Assembly: GCA_030704615.1 (NCBI GenBank)
Contig: CM060731.1
Coordinates: 67,952,001-68,016,000 of the forward strand
Source of the DNA: Takakia lepidozioides
Taxonomy: Eukaryota; Plantae; Bryophyta
Direction of reading: 5' to 3'
Length of the DNA: 64,000 nt
Numbering within the stretch: position 1 is the stretch's first letter; the number at the start of each line of letters is the position of its first letter. This document shows, piece after piece, positions 48,681-62,845 of the stretch. Made by a program: the position numbers and the translations under genes. The notes beneath the pieces were generated by a model. It was given only the letters and a program-made list of their open reading frames with translations. It did no database searches and had not been told where the DNA came from.

Positions 48681-51079
48681 TCCTGTCTCCTTCTTACATT
48701 GTTGTATTTCAATTTGGTGATATAATCTAATTATTTGTTTGTTTACGTGTAGGAGAAAGAATGTGTAGGGGATCAGACCCTTGTCATTACTGTCGTTTCT
48801 TGTTCTGAGGAGAAATCCATGGTACCTGTAGCAAAAGTTAAGAGAGTATCTATTGATGTTGATGAGGTACTGGGATGAGTTGTTCGAGAACGAGCTTCCG
48901 AAGTATAAAGATCGGCTGGAGGCTATTCATGGCCGTTTGCCTTTTGGTCCTGCTAATGTGAATACCAGTACTGGCCATATTTTCAATAACCTGCAGAACT
49001 GTCCCATCACTATCAACTACATCGTTGATCCAAATATTCTTTGTTGCTTTTGCACCAGCTTCAATGGATAATTCTTCAGAGTCATCTCAGAAGCTGACTT
49101 GATTGCTGCATATATATGTTTAGACTAAGATCGATGGAAGATGATTCGGATTGTAATCTTATAGAAATTATAGTAGACATAGATCATTTGAATGTTAATT
49201 CAGATATAGTCTAGCAGCAATAGTTTCTAGAAACATTGATTCAATTGAGTTTGTCATTCAGATTCTTTGACATTGATGGTGATCAAATTCTTTCAATAAA
49301 GTTGTACTCACAGTCGTTTGATCTCAGCTCAAGGCTAGTGTTGTGTGATGTTCTGTAAAGAAAATTTTCATGTAAAGATAAAGAAACCATGCATGAAAGA
49401 AAAAAAAATGCCCCAACTACAAAGTACCTTCTGAATTTCGTAAGGTATTTTGCTAGCGTGGCAAGGACCTTACGGGAGCCGGAAGGTACAGTGCAATCTT
49501 CTGCCCTGTAAACGACCTAAAATGAACCAGGAAAAATATCATGGTTCTTTACGCATGTGCGGAGGCTCACGCCATTGTGAGCAACAACAAATATTCAATA
49601 TATTGTTTGAATATTCTTTAAAGATTCTATGGCAAAACGAATTGTGCTCACGCAGACGAACTGTTGTAGAAATAACTTATGTTCACGTGAGCACAAGCTA
49701 TATATTTTTGAGATTCTGGCAAAACTCTTGAAGTTTTGTAGGCGAAACCTGAGGGGTTTTTTCTTTGTGTTTTTCTGGCAACATATAGGCCCAATTACTG
49801 AAGTTTGGTCGGCGAAAGTTTTTTGTTCTTCTTTGGGCACAACTAGGGCCAAAAACTTGGGTATTTTTCTTTTTCTTATTTTTTTTTGTTGATCTTCTTC
49901 TGTAGACAGGTCCAAAAAACCATGATTATCCCACAAAATCCAAGTGTTTCTTTAATATATTATATTTTTTGGTATTTTTTGCTATGCCTCACAGCACTAT
50001 GAGGGTTTTTATTAGTTTTCTTCCAATAATTTCAAGCTTGGTTATATGTATTATATAGGTAGTAATTAAAGTAATTAAATTTATTATAGGTAGTAATATA
50101 ATTATAAATATCACATAAACTATAAATACATTTATAACTGAGCTTATTTGCGTGTAAATTATTTTCTGTCAAAACATTGGGACTTTATTACCATGCTTTT
50201 GTGCTCACGCCTCTATTTTTTTCGCTCACTTCCCCAAATTCAGGAAAACCCTGCAGTCCACATAAGATTATCTTACGAGGGAATTCCCTATGACGTCCCG
50301 CTTGGGCCATTTCTTAGACGGGAAAATTGTGGAGGGAGTTTCTGATTTTTCGGGCTTCAGCTCGAGGTCCAGCATAGGGAAATTCAACTGTATATCTGCC
50401 CCAAACGTCCAAAAAATCAAATCGGCGAAAGCCCAGTGGACACTTAAGAGGCTGTCCGAAAATTTGTGGCAAATATTTGGAAATCTTTACTCGCCATGGA
50501 ATCGGGCACGGGTCACCATAGCCGTGTGTGTGTGTGTGTGTGTGTTATTTATTTATTTATTTATTTTTTCCCGTGCATTACACCTAGTAATCGCCATAAA
50601 AGTACCCAATGCAAAATCTTTGATGTGCTTTACTGTGGAATTTCACATGAGATAGGTAGGTAAGATCACACAGAAGGTTGTCCAAGGTTCGAAAACACAT
50701 ACAAGTTAAGTTACGAACAGTGTTATTGGTGATCTTGTGGCGTTCGAGTACAGGCTTGTCGTGGAGGCGATGGTGACGACGGACTACGAGCTCTCAGCAC
50801 CAGAGGGTATGGCTGAATCTCGAGGTCAGTTTTTTCTTAGGCTGAGACTCGTGGTCTTCCTCTTTCATGTATGGACTATTCATATGTACACCGGAGATTG
50901 AGTTGTCAATGAACTTGTGTGTTTATAAAACCCAAAGGGCAAAGTTTGGTGATGATCTCATAAACACTCCCCGAATGATGGCCATAACCTTCCTCGTCAG
51001 ACACAGACAGGCACGGAACTTTTTGGCGTCACTGTCCCTAGGGCTTGAATCTGTTCAAACATTCGAGCTATCAGCAAAT

Positions 51080-51355
51080 TCACCTTCTACTAGCTCCTTT
51101 TTGGCAGCTGGGCCATGACCATTGGGCACTCCGTTGAAGGATGAGAGAACGGACTAATCAGACTTCGCTGGATGTAGCCTTTTAGGCAAAAGACCCCACT
51201 CACATTTTGGACAGAGCAGATAAGTAGAATTGAGATAGAAGGGGCAGGTGGAGAGCAGAATTGGCACATTACTGGGCCAGGCTCGCTGCAGTAGTGGGCC
51301 TTTGCCACAATCGTGAAGTTGATTCTGGCCTTCCAAGTATTTCTCAAGAGCACTC
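51080..51355 (-). mobile_element. Diverged 3' fragment of an RTE-like LINE subfamily
   Basis: LRNTWKARINF...KAHY resembles LEDIWKTRINS...GKSHY; nucleotide similarity to the caaactgggcgcggggtcaatggccacaaggctac repeat. Confidence 0.5.
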
Positions 51356-51377
51356 TATATCACTACCCTAGGCAGAG

Positions 51378-53752
51378 AAACACCATGGTGGTAATGACAA
51401 GAAATTCTGGTTGGCCCTTCAACGTTTGTACAAGCCGAAAAACGGTCAGCAAGTACAAGCGCTGAAGACTACTAAAGGTGCAGTGGTGACTTCATCGGTT
51501 GACATTGTCAAAACCTTTGAAACTCACTACAGTATCCTTGGCAGAGCTTCTAGGTCTAACAGTGAGGGGTCTTCTGCTGAATGGAGGGACACAGTTGGAA
51601 AAACTGTTCCTATGATTCAAAACAGCCCTGATGAACTGGAGTATATTTCAATGGCTTATAATGCTCCCATTAGTTCTTCTGAGATTGTGGAAGCAATTGA
51701 ACATTTAAATGGATATAAAGCTAGTGGACCTGATGGTATTGTCAACGAGCTTATCAAGCACGGTGGTGATCCCATGATAGAGGCCCTAGTTCTCCTCTTT
51801 AACCTTATCTGGAAGACTGAAATGATCCCCTTTCGCTGGCGACAGGGGGTCATTGTCAATCTATACAAGAAGGGTGACAGAGAAGAACCGGGGAACTACC
51901 GTGGCATCACGATCCTCAATGCTGTTGGCAAGACATTCTGCAGAGTTATAAGTACTCGTCTCGAGGTTGATCTGGAGTCTAGAGGTTGTTTCCACAAAGG
52001 CCAAGCTGGCTTTCGGCGAAACAGGGGCTGTGTGGATCATATCTTCACTCTAAGCCAGATTATCCAGGGAAGGAAAAAAGAAGGGAAACCCACTTATGTC
52101 TTTTTCCTGGATGTCAAAAAGGCTTATGACACAGTGTGGAGAGATGGCCTATGGTTCCGCCTCTGGTCTTGCGGGATCAAGGGAAAGATGTGGAGAGTTG
52201 TCCACAACTTGTATGCTCACACCAAAAGCTGTGTCACTGTTAACGGAAAGAAGTCCAACTTCTTTGACATAGACCAAGGTGTAGCTCAAGGATGTACTCT
52301 CTCCCCTCTGCTCTTCAATGTTTTCATCAATCAACTCCTCGAGGATGTGGAAAGTGAGGGATTTGGGTTAAGGGTGGGTGATACCACCATACCAGCCCTT
52401 ATGTTTGCGGATGACTTCGCAGGCATAGGGGAGACTCCAACCAATCTCCAGGAGTTGATTGATTGCACGAAGAGATACTTTGATCTTTGGGGGCTAGAGG
52501 CTAATGTGAGCAAATGTGCAGTGGTAGCATTCAACGACAGAGGAGAGGGAGGAAGTGATCTTAAGTGGCAGTGGGGTAGCCAAGAGATCCCGGTCCTCCC
52601 TTCCTACACTTACCTGGGCATTGAGTTTGCCTCCAATTGTAATTGGGATGCACATATCCGGAAAGTTGTTCAAACTGGCAAGGGCAAAGCTCTGGGGCTC
52701 ACTAAATTTTTCCACTGCAGAGTGCTCAACTCTGAGGTTAAGAAAACCATGCTTTGTCGCGTTATTAGACCTGCCTTGGAGTACGGATCTGCTATATGGG
52801 TTGATAACTCCAACCAGGCTAAGTCTCTAGAATCCATTCAAGTGGGGGTGCTTAAGGAGTGTATGTCAGCATGCTCCAAAACAGCCAATGTGGCTGTTCG
52901 GGGTGAGTTTGGCATTCCGTCCTTAAGCTCCCGACGAGATGAATTCAAGGTCAGATGGTGGGGTCAGCTGCAACATATGCCCAACACCAAATATCCTAAG
53001 TTAATCGACTCTATATCTTGGAAACAGGACCGCCCTGTCAAACAGGCCAAGTCCTGGCAGAAGAGAGTAGAAGAGATTCTCAAGGACCTGGACCTGGATC
53101 CGCAAGTCTTGACCCTGCTGGATAAATCTGAGCGGCTGTAGTGTCCTCCGCCATGTCTGTTGCCATGAGATTGTCTGATGAAAATGAAGTTAGGCAGAAA
53201 ACTTCCCTGAACTTGTTTCCAGTCAGTGACATGGGGGAGGACATCTTGGATGACCTCAAGGGTCTACCCACTCTCGGCACTAGACTGAAATTTAAACTCA
53301 GGGCAGGAAGCCTACCTTTGAACAGCAAACAAAAGCAGAGAGGAAAGGGAGAGTGCAATTGCCCGCTGTGTGGGCAATCTGAAGACAGTATTCACTTTCT
53401 GATACACTGTCCGGGGTTCTCTCACCAAAGAGACGCTCTCTTCAATTCTATCAAGGGAATTGTGCCTGTACCCCTGTTTAACAACTTTGAAAGTCTCGAG
53501 GCTGAGCCAAAAGCCCAGGCCCTCCTGAGGCCTAGTTTTTGGGCAAATCACACACAGCAGATTGATGCTTGTGTGAAGGGATTTCTAGAGGATATCTGGA
53601 AAACCCGGATTAATTCTATATATGATGGTAAGTCACACTACCAACGTCAGCCCCTGACAGAGGTAGGTTCTGTCCCTTTTGTTCCCGCTCAAACTGGGCG
53701 CGGGGTCAATGGCCACAAGCCTACGGCAAACAACGTCTTATGAGTACAATCT
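51378..53752 (+). mobile_element. 5'-truncated second copy of the RTE-like LINE (RT + zinc finger)
   Basis: Nearly identical to ~7125-9505; small deletion at ~53130 breaks the frame; intact CPLC...HFLIHC. Confidence 0.93.
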
Positions 53753-55087
53753 CTCTGTTCTTTCTTGGAGTGAGTTCAATACTGAGGTAGGGTTCCATGA
53801 AGAAATTTGATGACAGAGTGGTGGTGAATTTAACTGTGTAACACAAGTGAGGCACACCAACCCTAAAAGCTAGAGGGTAAAGTGCGTCTGCATGCCCAGC
53901 ACCATCTTTTTCACTAGCCTGTGTTCTTTTTAATGGTGAGTTAAGCCTGTTCTAAACCAACTGAATAATTTTGACACCTTCAATTTTCTGTTTGATTGAC
54001 AAAGGAGGGAACATGGCATCACTTGCCCAAGCACCTATGGATATCCATTGCAAAGATGGGAAGTGGTTGAAGACTGGTGTAGTTAGTAATCATCTTCCCA
54101 CTCGCCTACCTGCTGGGTACACTCTGTACAAGCTCATGTTAGACATTTGAAAGTGTCAGAGCCCCTCACTCAAGGAGCAGGCAAGCCTGGGTCATCCCCC
54201 CTTGTATTTCGTCATGGGTCCTCCTGCACCAAGCCTCGCGTGGAAGGCAGAGAGGAAGCAATACAGGTAGGAGAACACCTCATAACAGGGACAAGCTCAT
54301 CTTCCATTCAAGTTGACACATTGACAAACAAGCTGCAAGTGGTGGATCTCTTACTCAATGGTGATTGTTGATGTGGATAGGCGGTAATTGAGAAATCCAA
54401 GCTCAGTTACCGAAACAATTACTCTACAATTCACTTTACTTGCGCCTCAATCTCTTTCAAGCAGATACAGAAGCCTACAACCTGTCTTTGAAGCACTGAC
54501 TCCAACTCGAAAATAGAAACACCTTTCAACTAAGCTACCACCCACCCTTATCAACAAAAATTATTAGATCCAAAACTGTTGTGGCAGGCATTTGATCCAC
54601 CATGGGTGATTTGGTATGGCAGTTAGAGGATAGAATTGTCAAGCTTCATACAGGTACCTGTCAGATTATAAACTTTACTAATTATTGGATTGTGATCGAG
54701 TACCCTTATATCCATTTTTGGCCCCTTCTCAAATTTCAGGGTTGTCCTATAGACGTGTCACTGTATGTAACACACCTTAGCATCATCCAAAGCACTTTGA
54801 AGGGCTACTGTACTACAGGAAAATTCTAGATCACAAATATCTGCAGTGAGCAAAATGTCCAAGTGGTGAGGGCTTGAGCTTTCTGAGAGATACCAATGAT
54901 GCTCAGAGATTCATCACCCAAGAATTCATGAAAATGAACCTCCTTGTCTTTAGGTGTAACCTTGGGGAGTGCCATTCAGGCTTACATGAGAAGTTATGGG
55001 CTATTCCTGCCCAAGGTGGGCATTATCATACATATGAACTATATATAACATATACATATATATGACGTCTCCCTAAGGAAGCGTCAA

Positions 55088-55160
55088 TTAAGGGCTACTG
55101 CCTTCGAGTAGGAAGGTGGAAACATTTGTGACACCAAGCGGTGGATTGAACCCACAACCA
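55088..55160 (-). mobile_element. Fragment of SINE family A
   Basis: aagggctactgccttc...aggaaggtgga is the reverse complement of 16270-16303. Confidence 0.5.
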
Positions 55161-55189
55161 CTTCTAAGGTCATATGAACAACATTTAGA

Positions 55190-55387
55190 ACTTGGCTCGG
55201 TGGTTCGGGGTTCAAACCCGCTGCCCTGCCTGGTGTGTGGATTGTTCGTGACCGGTTGGTCTGGTGGTGATGTTCCCACCCGTGTGCCTAATGGCTTATC
55301 TGAAAGGGGGTTAATTTTTCCCCCTCCTCAAGGGCCTGAATTGTGAGCAGTCTCTCCCAGGTTTCCCTTAAAAAAAAAAAAAAAAAA
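55190..55387 (+). mobile_element. tRNA-derived SINE sharing the family-B tail
   Basis: GGCTCGGTGG and GGTTCAAACCC boxes, shared tail, poly(A). Confidence 0.65.
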
Positions 55388-55629
55388 CATGGCTTAGAAA
55401 TTATACTGCCGGGCCTACGCCTATAATATAATAATTCTAGTGGCGAAGACTAGTTTTAGTCTAGGGCAGGTATAGGGTGTCATTGTGCCACATCACCGTC
55501 GCCATGTTTCGGAGGCCGCATCATCGACGTAGTCTTTTAAGCTGCCTAGGGAGAAAACAAAATGAAAAATATATGAAAAAAACTGAATTATGAAAATCAT
55601 TTCTGTAAAATCTACTAGTCTAACATTAC

Positions 55630-56060
55630 TACCTGCTATATCAATGCTGCAACATTGGGATCATCGAATCACTTGAACATTGCTTGATTGATTGTGATGC
55701 CCTACAAACCACTTGGCCCCTGGTGCACACATTTTACCAGACATGGGGCATTATGCCTAGTCAGCCAGTGGTGATTCTACTAAACTATGACAAGAGGGAA
55801 AAAGACATGGCATCCGACTGCCCAGTGTTCGAGACCCTCAGGGCAGCTACCCTTTGGAACCTGTGGAAAAGCAAATGTGCATGGGTCCTAGACAATGACA
55901 ATACCTCTCCCACCACGCTGCTCACTCTAATTTTCTTTGATCTTACTGTGGCAGCTAAGAAGGCTTGGGCGGTTTTGTGTGCAGTAGTCACCAGGAAACC
56001 GCAGCGTCAGCCAGCACTCCTCCAGGCCTTCCGATCAACATGGGGGAAGGATCATTTGTG
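55630..56060 (+). mobile_element. L1 ORF2 C-terminal fragment (zf-RVT)
   Basis: C..IIESLEHCLIDC...TLRAATLWNLWKSKC...AKKAWAVLC, homologous to 21460-21711. Confidence 0.75.
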
Positions 56061-57551
56061 AATGCACTGATGGACTCACCTGTGTTTAGGCAGACGGAAT
56101 CCCCGAGTGCTGGCGGGGGCACAGGGCCAAGCTTTTCAACTCCCCCCAATTTGAGAGGAGCGACATCAATTGGAAACACATCAAATCGTCCTCTGCCACC
56201 AAATTGCACTTTCACAGATAGATTCTTGATAGCCCTCTCTACAGGCCATCTCGTCTGCCCCGTTACTGCAAGGCCTAATGTGTCTGTTGGCCGGCATGTT
56301 GGTGTAATCCTTCTACGAGTTCATAAGTACATATGTGATGAAGTCGACGTCAAATATTCAAAAATACACTTAGAAACATATGAAGATCATGAATGTGCTA
56401 GAATCCTCTTGGATTTCAATAAGTTGTAACTCACCTAGCTTTGCCACACATTTCACAACTAAAGAGACGCAATATCCAAATGATTTATGTTGAACTATGA
56501 AATTAATAATTACTTTCATTTATTGGTCTTCTGAGTTAAAGTAGATGTTAAATGTTGGCGCTATAAAAATTGCGAAATCGTGAGAACACCATCGCTGAAT
56601 ATGTTTTTTTTGCTTTCCTTCAGTTCAATGAGTGTAACAACATTGATCTAATTAGGCTATTTGCTGTTTCAGGGGTGGAGATTTCTTGGAAGAAGATCAA
56701 AACAGCTCACATTTATTAGAGGAGGAGGTCAGGAGTTTTCTACCAGACATTAGAGATTGACATTCATTCGCCGTCTAACCTCATTCTATTGTGGAGTCTT
56801 GTTGAGACTGCATTTGACAAGTTTCACATTGCAATCATCCCCAGAGATGGTGATTTCACTTGTCATGTACGATTTCCTTACACTAGTGACTTCTGCTTTA
56901 AGGTTTATGAGTCTTGCATTATGCACTGCTTAATGTCAAATATCGTCTTGTGCCATTGCTCTATCCGAAAGTCAGATATTGGATGATTGATAGCAGTGCA
57001 AATAGACTTTCTCCTATTCCTTGGGACAATGTTGGTGCTTTTAGCACTATTTAGCATCTTTCGACCAGATTATTTGCGAATTGACTTGGATTTGGCATAT
57101 GCGATAGCGACCTGTGCTACGACCTGGTTTTTTTTCCCCTTTGCAGGCTATAACTCTTGACCGAAACGAACATCCTCAATCGCTACAGCAATCAGCCCCC
57201 ATTGAGAAGCTGCAAAGCTACAGGTAAGCCCCACACTTTGTTGATTTTTTTTTTTTAATTCTTTGGTTGGTTGGTTGGTAGTTGGTTGGTTTTATTTCAG
57301 TGTTTGTGTTGTTTTTTTTTCTCTCTTTATTCTTCCAATATTTCATTTGTTGTTGCTTCTCCTTAAATCATTCCCTTTCAGTTCTTTCTTTCTTTCTTCT
57401 TGTTTTATGGTGTCATGGGAAGGGGGTATGCACTCTCATTTTCTTCTCTCTCGCTCTCGGGCTATCTGGTTTTCTTGAGTATATTCCGTTCTCCGTTTGT
57501 GATGCTAGAGTGCAGTTTTGTTGAATTTTAATTTGTACTGATATTTGTTAG

Positions 57552-58388
57552 AAAGGCATGTAGGTGGAATTATCAAGGTTGGTTTTAGATGATGGCAAGC
57601 AACTTCTATTCCCGAATGCATTTCGCTCGGCCAAAAGACTTGGTGCCAAAAAGCACTGCGGTTTTGCCTCTTCAGGTGATACAGATGAATATAAGAAGTA
57701 CACGCCGCGGATAGCGAGACATCGTGTTGCGAAATTCAAGAATGCAAGTGATGTCGGTGGGGTGTTGAAACACATGACACCGGCGTTGAAGACCGTGCTA
57801 GCCGAAGGAGATTACGAGTGTCGGCCGCTTGAGACCCGTGTTGACAAGTTGAAGATTCTTGAGGCCAATGATTTCCCGACATCCATGATAATCGAAGGAT
57901 CTGGTCCCAATCCATTTAATGATCTCCTAGATCGTATGGCCCATCTCGAGAGGAAACAGAAAAAAAAAATGAAGATAACGCTCGCAATACAGATACAAAT
58001 ATTGCACTCCTCAACGCGGAGAATAGATTGTTCAAGTCGTTTTTTACTGACGCAATATATATGGCATTCCGGGCTTTTGCCGACAAGATTATCGAAGGTG
58101 TTATTGAGCAATCTGGTGTGGATCATCTTGGAAAGAAAGAGAGGGTTGCGTGGCTGAAGGGGCGGGAGGCTCTAAAGATGTCTAAACGGAACCGTGCCTA
58201 TCAGATTTTCAAGACAAATGTACCTTTTGATTCTAAGTTCTTGCAGCAGGTTCGAGATCGACGAAGCTCAGTTATTGTTCCAGACTGTTTACGGACTAAC
58301 TCCTAAGGATGTTTTCCAGAATGACCTGCAAGATGATTTGGATAATTACTTCATCACACTGTTCTACATGAAGAAAGTCACGCATTGA
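57552..58388 (+). pseudogene. Frameshifted coding exon of an unidentified gene; probable small upstream exons at ~56672-56727 and ~57147-57222
   Basis: Three overlapping ORFs joinable by two frameshifts (one in an A-run at ~57960); flanking AG/GT sites; no motif recognised. Confidence 0.4.
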
Positions 58389-59112
58389 GTTACATTTACG
58401 AGGACTTAAACTTAGCTCTTGAGTTGATCATGTCAACTTACTGCCGGAGTTAATCGCGTGTAAAAGACGGATGTACGGGATGTTGAATCTGGAGTTGATC
58501 GCTTGAGGCGGATGTACATGGTGCTTAATAGTAAGGTTTGATGTGTTTGATGTAGAGCGTAGATTAGATGTACATGGTGCATCACAAAATCTGATGACAG
58601 TGTCATTTTGAATCAATTTTTAGTTGTAGGAACATGATATACATCTTCAATTTCCTCTACGGACAGAGTTTTCCGCACCTCCCCAACTCATCGACACAAA
58701 ATCATGTTGACGGTGAAAGCAACGATGGACATAAGACAAGCTCCCAGAGAGAGAGAAAAAGAGACGAATGAGCACGGGAGCAATGAAGTTCCACTAGAAA
58801 TAAGTCTTGTTGCCATTGTTATCAACATCTATCATCCGTTGTTGTATATATATATGTGAGACACAATACAAAAATAAATAAGAAATATTGTTACATTCAA
58901 ATTATTTGTGCAAGCAAACCTATCAAATATGTTTACTTAAGAAAGATATCTCAACTAAATGAATATCACATACACATTTGTTTCTATTTTAACATATTTC
59001 AAAAGCTAGACAAAAATGACAGCAATGTCATTTCAGACTGGATTGACGAGCTGCAGTCTTTGGGGGACCAATCCCTTTGCCTCCTCCAATCTTTGTCATT
59101 CAAGCTATTCTT

Positions 59113-59737
59113 TGTCAAGGACGAGAACATGACTGAACACAAACAAGAGATAAGACTAGAGGTACAAGGCTAGACAAGAAGTCAAGGTCGGCGTGGCCGA
59201 ATGCACGATGAGTAAATAAGAATCAAGATGATATTTATAACAATGAACAAGAGTACAAGATATTGGAACACGACTTGAATACTGGAATGCTGGAAACTGG
59301 ACTGGAGTACCAGATACTGGAAACTGGGCTGGGAACTGGAAACAAGAGTAGCTTGAACTGGTGTTGGTGAGACTGAAGAGTGTCCCAGTCTCGCCTCCTA
59401 TATATACTGGATACTAAGAAGTTTCCCTAAGAAGCTTCCCCTATGGAGGTTGCTTGCTGGAGAAGTTTCCAAGATTAAACAAAGGTTTCTTGATGGAGAA
59501 GCTTCCTTAAACAAATGAGGTATCTTGATGAAGAAGTTTCATCCAAAGGAAGCTTCATGAGTAGTTTCCCAAGTTACTCTTGATAATTTGGTAAACTCCC
59601 GATAACTTGGTAAGTAATGGTAAATCATGGTAGATAATGATAAATCACGATAAGTCATGGTAATTTTTGATAACATGGTAACTTGATAACTTCTGGTATT
59701 TACTCATGGTAAGTTCTTCTGGGCTATGTCCGTGACA
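59113..59737 (-). mobile_element. Solo LTR (625 bp)
   Basis: Termini TGTCAAGGAC...GTCCGTGACA; 5-bp TSD TTCTT/CTCTT; internal TATATATA and short repeats. Confidence 0.75.
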
Positions 59738-60328
59738 CTCTTGCGCAAACAACATCAAGTGATTCCATGCTACTGTTCAAGCATTAGATACTGCAGTTTT
59801 GGACTCAGGTGATGATAATCGACTTCTGTTGCTTGAAACTCTGGCTTTAGAAGACTGGATAAAGCTTTCTTTGTCCGCAAACAAGAATGGAAAGTACATG
59901 GCCAGATCTAGGCTTATTGGTTTGTTTCAACTGGATTTAAAAATATATATATATACTGCACAAAGGAGAAGCCCTAGAAGTGGTTGATATTGTTCATTGT
60001 AATGTTCTTAAAATAGTTGCAAACTTTATCAGTGGATCAATGAATCTTTATCATTACATTCTAATACGAAAAAACGTCTTAAACATACTTTTTGTGTGAC
60101 ACATCAATAGAATCAGATTCAGTGTAGAGGAATAATCTTTGGTTTGTTCTGCACTTTTTTTAGTCTTATTCGAGCTTCCCATGGTTTTTAGTTTTTCCCT
60201 CGTTCAATAAATTTGTGAGGGCCTCCTTTTTGCACCTTCGATTGTGAATAATAAATTAAGAGAAAAGCCAAGGTGACACGCTGGCTAATGTGGGAATTGA
60301 CTCCTCTTTGCCATAATCTCAATTAACC

Positions 60329-60376
<48 letters not shown>

Positions 60377-61190
60377 CCCAAGTTGCCTAGGCATATAGCA
60401 AAGTGCAAAGATAATGAATGATTTAACCTTCTCCATGAACTATGTGTGAGAGGTAAACATGATCAAGAGAGTGGTTGTGTTCAAGTGCTAGTCGTTACTT
60501 TATGGCTACTCTTTGGTCTTAAGAGAGGATGGGCTATCTATGGAAAAACCCACATTTGTATTGTCCATTTGGATCTCTATATTTTGATTCTCTAATTCTT
60601 AGAGATGACACATGTGATCACTTCTACTAGCATTTACATTCATATTTTAATTTATTTTTTTAAAGTGAAAGGGGAGGTAGCCCTTGAGGGCTTTATTAAT
60701 AATTATTGAGGGGAAAAAATTAAATCATTACATGCCCGTAGGCCGCCATAAGGCAAAGACTCACGATCTTTTATGTTAAATCACTTACCTAGTTCTAACT
60801 TGCAGTATATTGTATATTGCAATCTTTCGAAGATTTTGAGCCCAATGTGGGTCACACCTGGTCAAATTCAATTATTTTGTGTGGGGCCGGGTTATTGTAA
60901 AAACTCTATTTTATTTAGATATTTATTTGGTGGTGATTTTCTATATTAAAAAATAAACATGGGGTAGAGGCCTGTAAATCAAATTAAAAAAGAAACCATA
61001 TGGACCGTGGAAGATACAATTATGCAAGAGTGAATGATTTATAAGTTAAAAATCATAAAACTAATAATTGTTTTAATCATTTAAAAATAATATTAGTAAT
61101 TCTAAATTAAAAATACATTCAATCAATCAATGGTACTATTTTTCTTATATAGAAAAAAATAAAATAAAGAGCCACTTCATTTTGTGGCTA

Positions 61191-62392
61191 CTAGGGTAGC
61201 TTGTGCCGTTGGCCCATGTGTGAAGAATTGAAGTCTAAGACCAAGTGCAATTTCCTACGTATCCAAGTGCATCTCCTATATTAAGGCCCATCTAAGCCCA
61301 AGTACAATCTCATGTTGATGTTCGACTCTATAACTTTTTTCCCATGAACTCTCTTACAAATTCATTTCTTTAAGTGTGAAGTCAACAGATGGAAACGACT
61401 GCCAAGTGTCATTTTTCAAAAACCATTTCAATATCAGGCGATGACCTTACAATATCATATGCACTATCCTAGACCACAAAGTTTCTGATACTTTAACAAC
61501 CCTATGTATCCAAGTGCGACCTCTAATGTCATTCCAACACTTAATTTTTGTAATTTAGTTGAATTTTCAGCGACCAAAATTGTTCATATTTCTATAATTC
61601 TCGGCTTGTAGGTCCAAATTTTGTGAAACCAAGTCAGCCCAAGTGTCCAATGTCATCTAAGTCCAAGTGCAATCTCAAGTGCGTCTCCTATCAAGGCTTC
61701 ATACATTGATATATCCAATCATTGTCCCAGGAAATCCCACTTTGCTATTTTTCACGAATTTCCAGCGACAAAAGTACTTGAAATTCAACATCTCCCACAC
61801 CGTAGGTCCAAAAATCATGAGACCAAGCCGGTGCACCCCTCCTCATCGAGGGATTTAATGGCACTAAGCACCAGGGCTGGCCCCGCGATTTGGGAGATCT
61901 TAACGACGCTACAAAACAAAACAAAACAAACAAATTGGTATCGGCTTGGTATCATGATTTTTGGACCTGCGGTGTGGCAGATGTCAAATTTCAAGTACTT
62001 TTGGTTGCTGGAAATTTGTGAAAAATAGTTGCAAAGTGGGCTTTCCTGGAACAGTTACGTGGAGATCTCCCAAAGTGCAGGGTCTCTGGATACATAGGGG
62101 ATTGCAATTGGACTTTGATGACACTGGCCACTTGGGCCAACGGCAGAGTCTATGAAGCAAGGTAGTTTGTTTTGTTTTGAAGCGTTGATATCTCTAAAAT
62201 CGCGGCCCCCAGCCCTAGTGCTTGGTTCCGTTGGAAAGCCCTCGATGAGGAGGGGTGCAACGACTTGGTCTCATATTTTTTGGACCTGCGGTGTGGGAGA
62301 TGTCGAATTTCAAGTACTTTTGATCACCGAAAATTCGTGAAAAATAGCAAAGCGGGCATGGACACTTGGGCCAACGGCACATGCTCCCCTGG
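61191..62392. mobile_element. Non-autonomous foldback-type element with TIRs and long internal inverted repeats
   Basis: Left ctagggtagcttgtgccgttggccca vs right reverse complement ccaggggagcatgtgccgttggccca; 61740-61930 is inverted at 62160-62355. Confidence 0.7.
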
Positions 62393-62716
62393 TATCTAGT
62401 ATCTATTGTAGAGTTGATGTGTATATATAATAGTTTACTAGTTCTATATTTTTAATTGGCCCAATGTTTATACAAAAATCAATATTAAGAGTTATGACAT
62501 CTCATTAGCTATTACTATTATTATATCTATAATATATATATGTCGTATTGTAATATCTTCGTAAATGGAAACGTGGTCACCACAAAACCAAAGTGTTGAA
62601 CTTCCGAGGGTTTCGAAAAGTGGACAAACCGTTGATTTTTGTTTGGTGATTTTATCATAATTAATATCTAGAAGTGTTACATTGCTGGAATATGTGAAGA
62701 AATCGAAAAAAGTAAT

Positions 62717-62717
<1 letters not shown>

Positions 62718-62748
<31 letters not shown>

Positions 62749-62845
62749 CCCCGATAAAGGAGAGGTAGCCCTTGGATCTTTATTCAAATTATTTGAGGGA
62801 AAAAAATTAAAACCCTGGGGTGCCCGAAGGCTGCCATAAGGCATG
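62718..62845 (-). mobile_element. Poly(A)-tailed retroposon 3' end; related copies at ~60652-60760 and, more weakly, ~18692-18810
   Basis: poly-T followed by aaagg.gaggtagcccttg...ctttatt...gagggaaaaaaattaaa...gccataaggca in both 60.7 and 62.8 kb copies. Confidence 0.6.

Noticed and set aside
51080-51378. Twin-priming inversion of LINE copy 2
   Set aside because: The inverted piece is far more diverged and corresponds to the 3' end, not the adjacent 5' part
60328-60377. (CT)n(AT)n tract and other G/T homopolymers
   Set aside because: Ordinary microsatellites
61170-61194. Helitron 3' end (hairpin + CTAG)
   Set aside because: Hairpin-to-CTAG spacing is atypical and the CTAG is explained by the adjacent TIR
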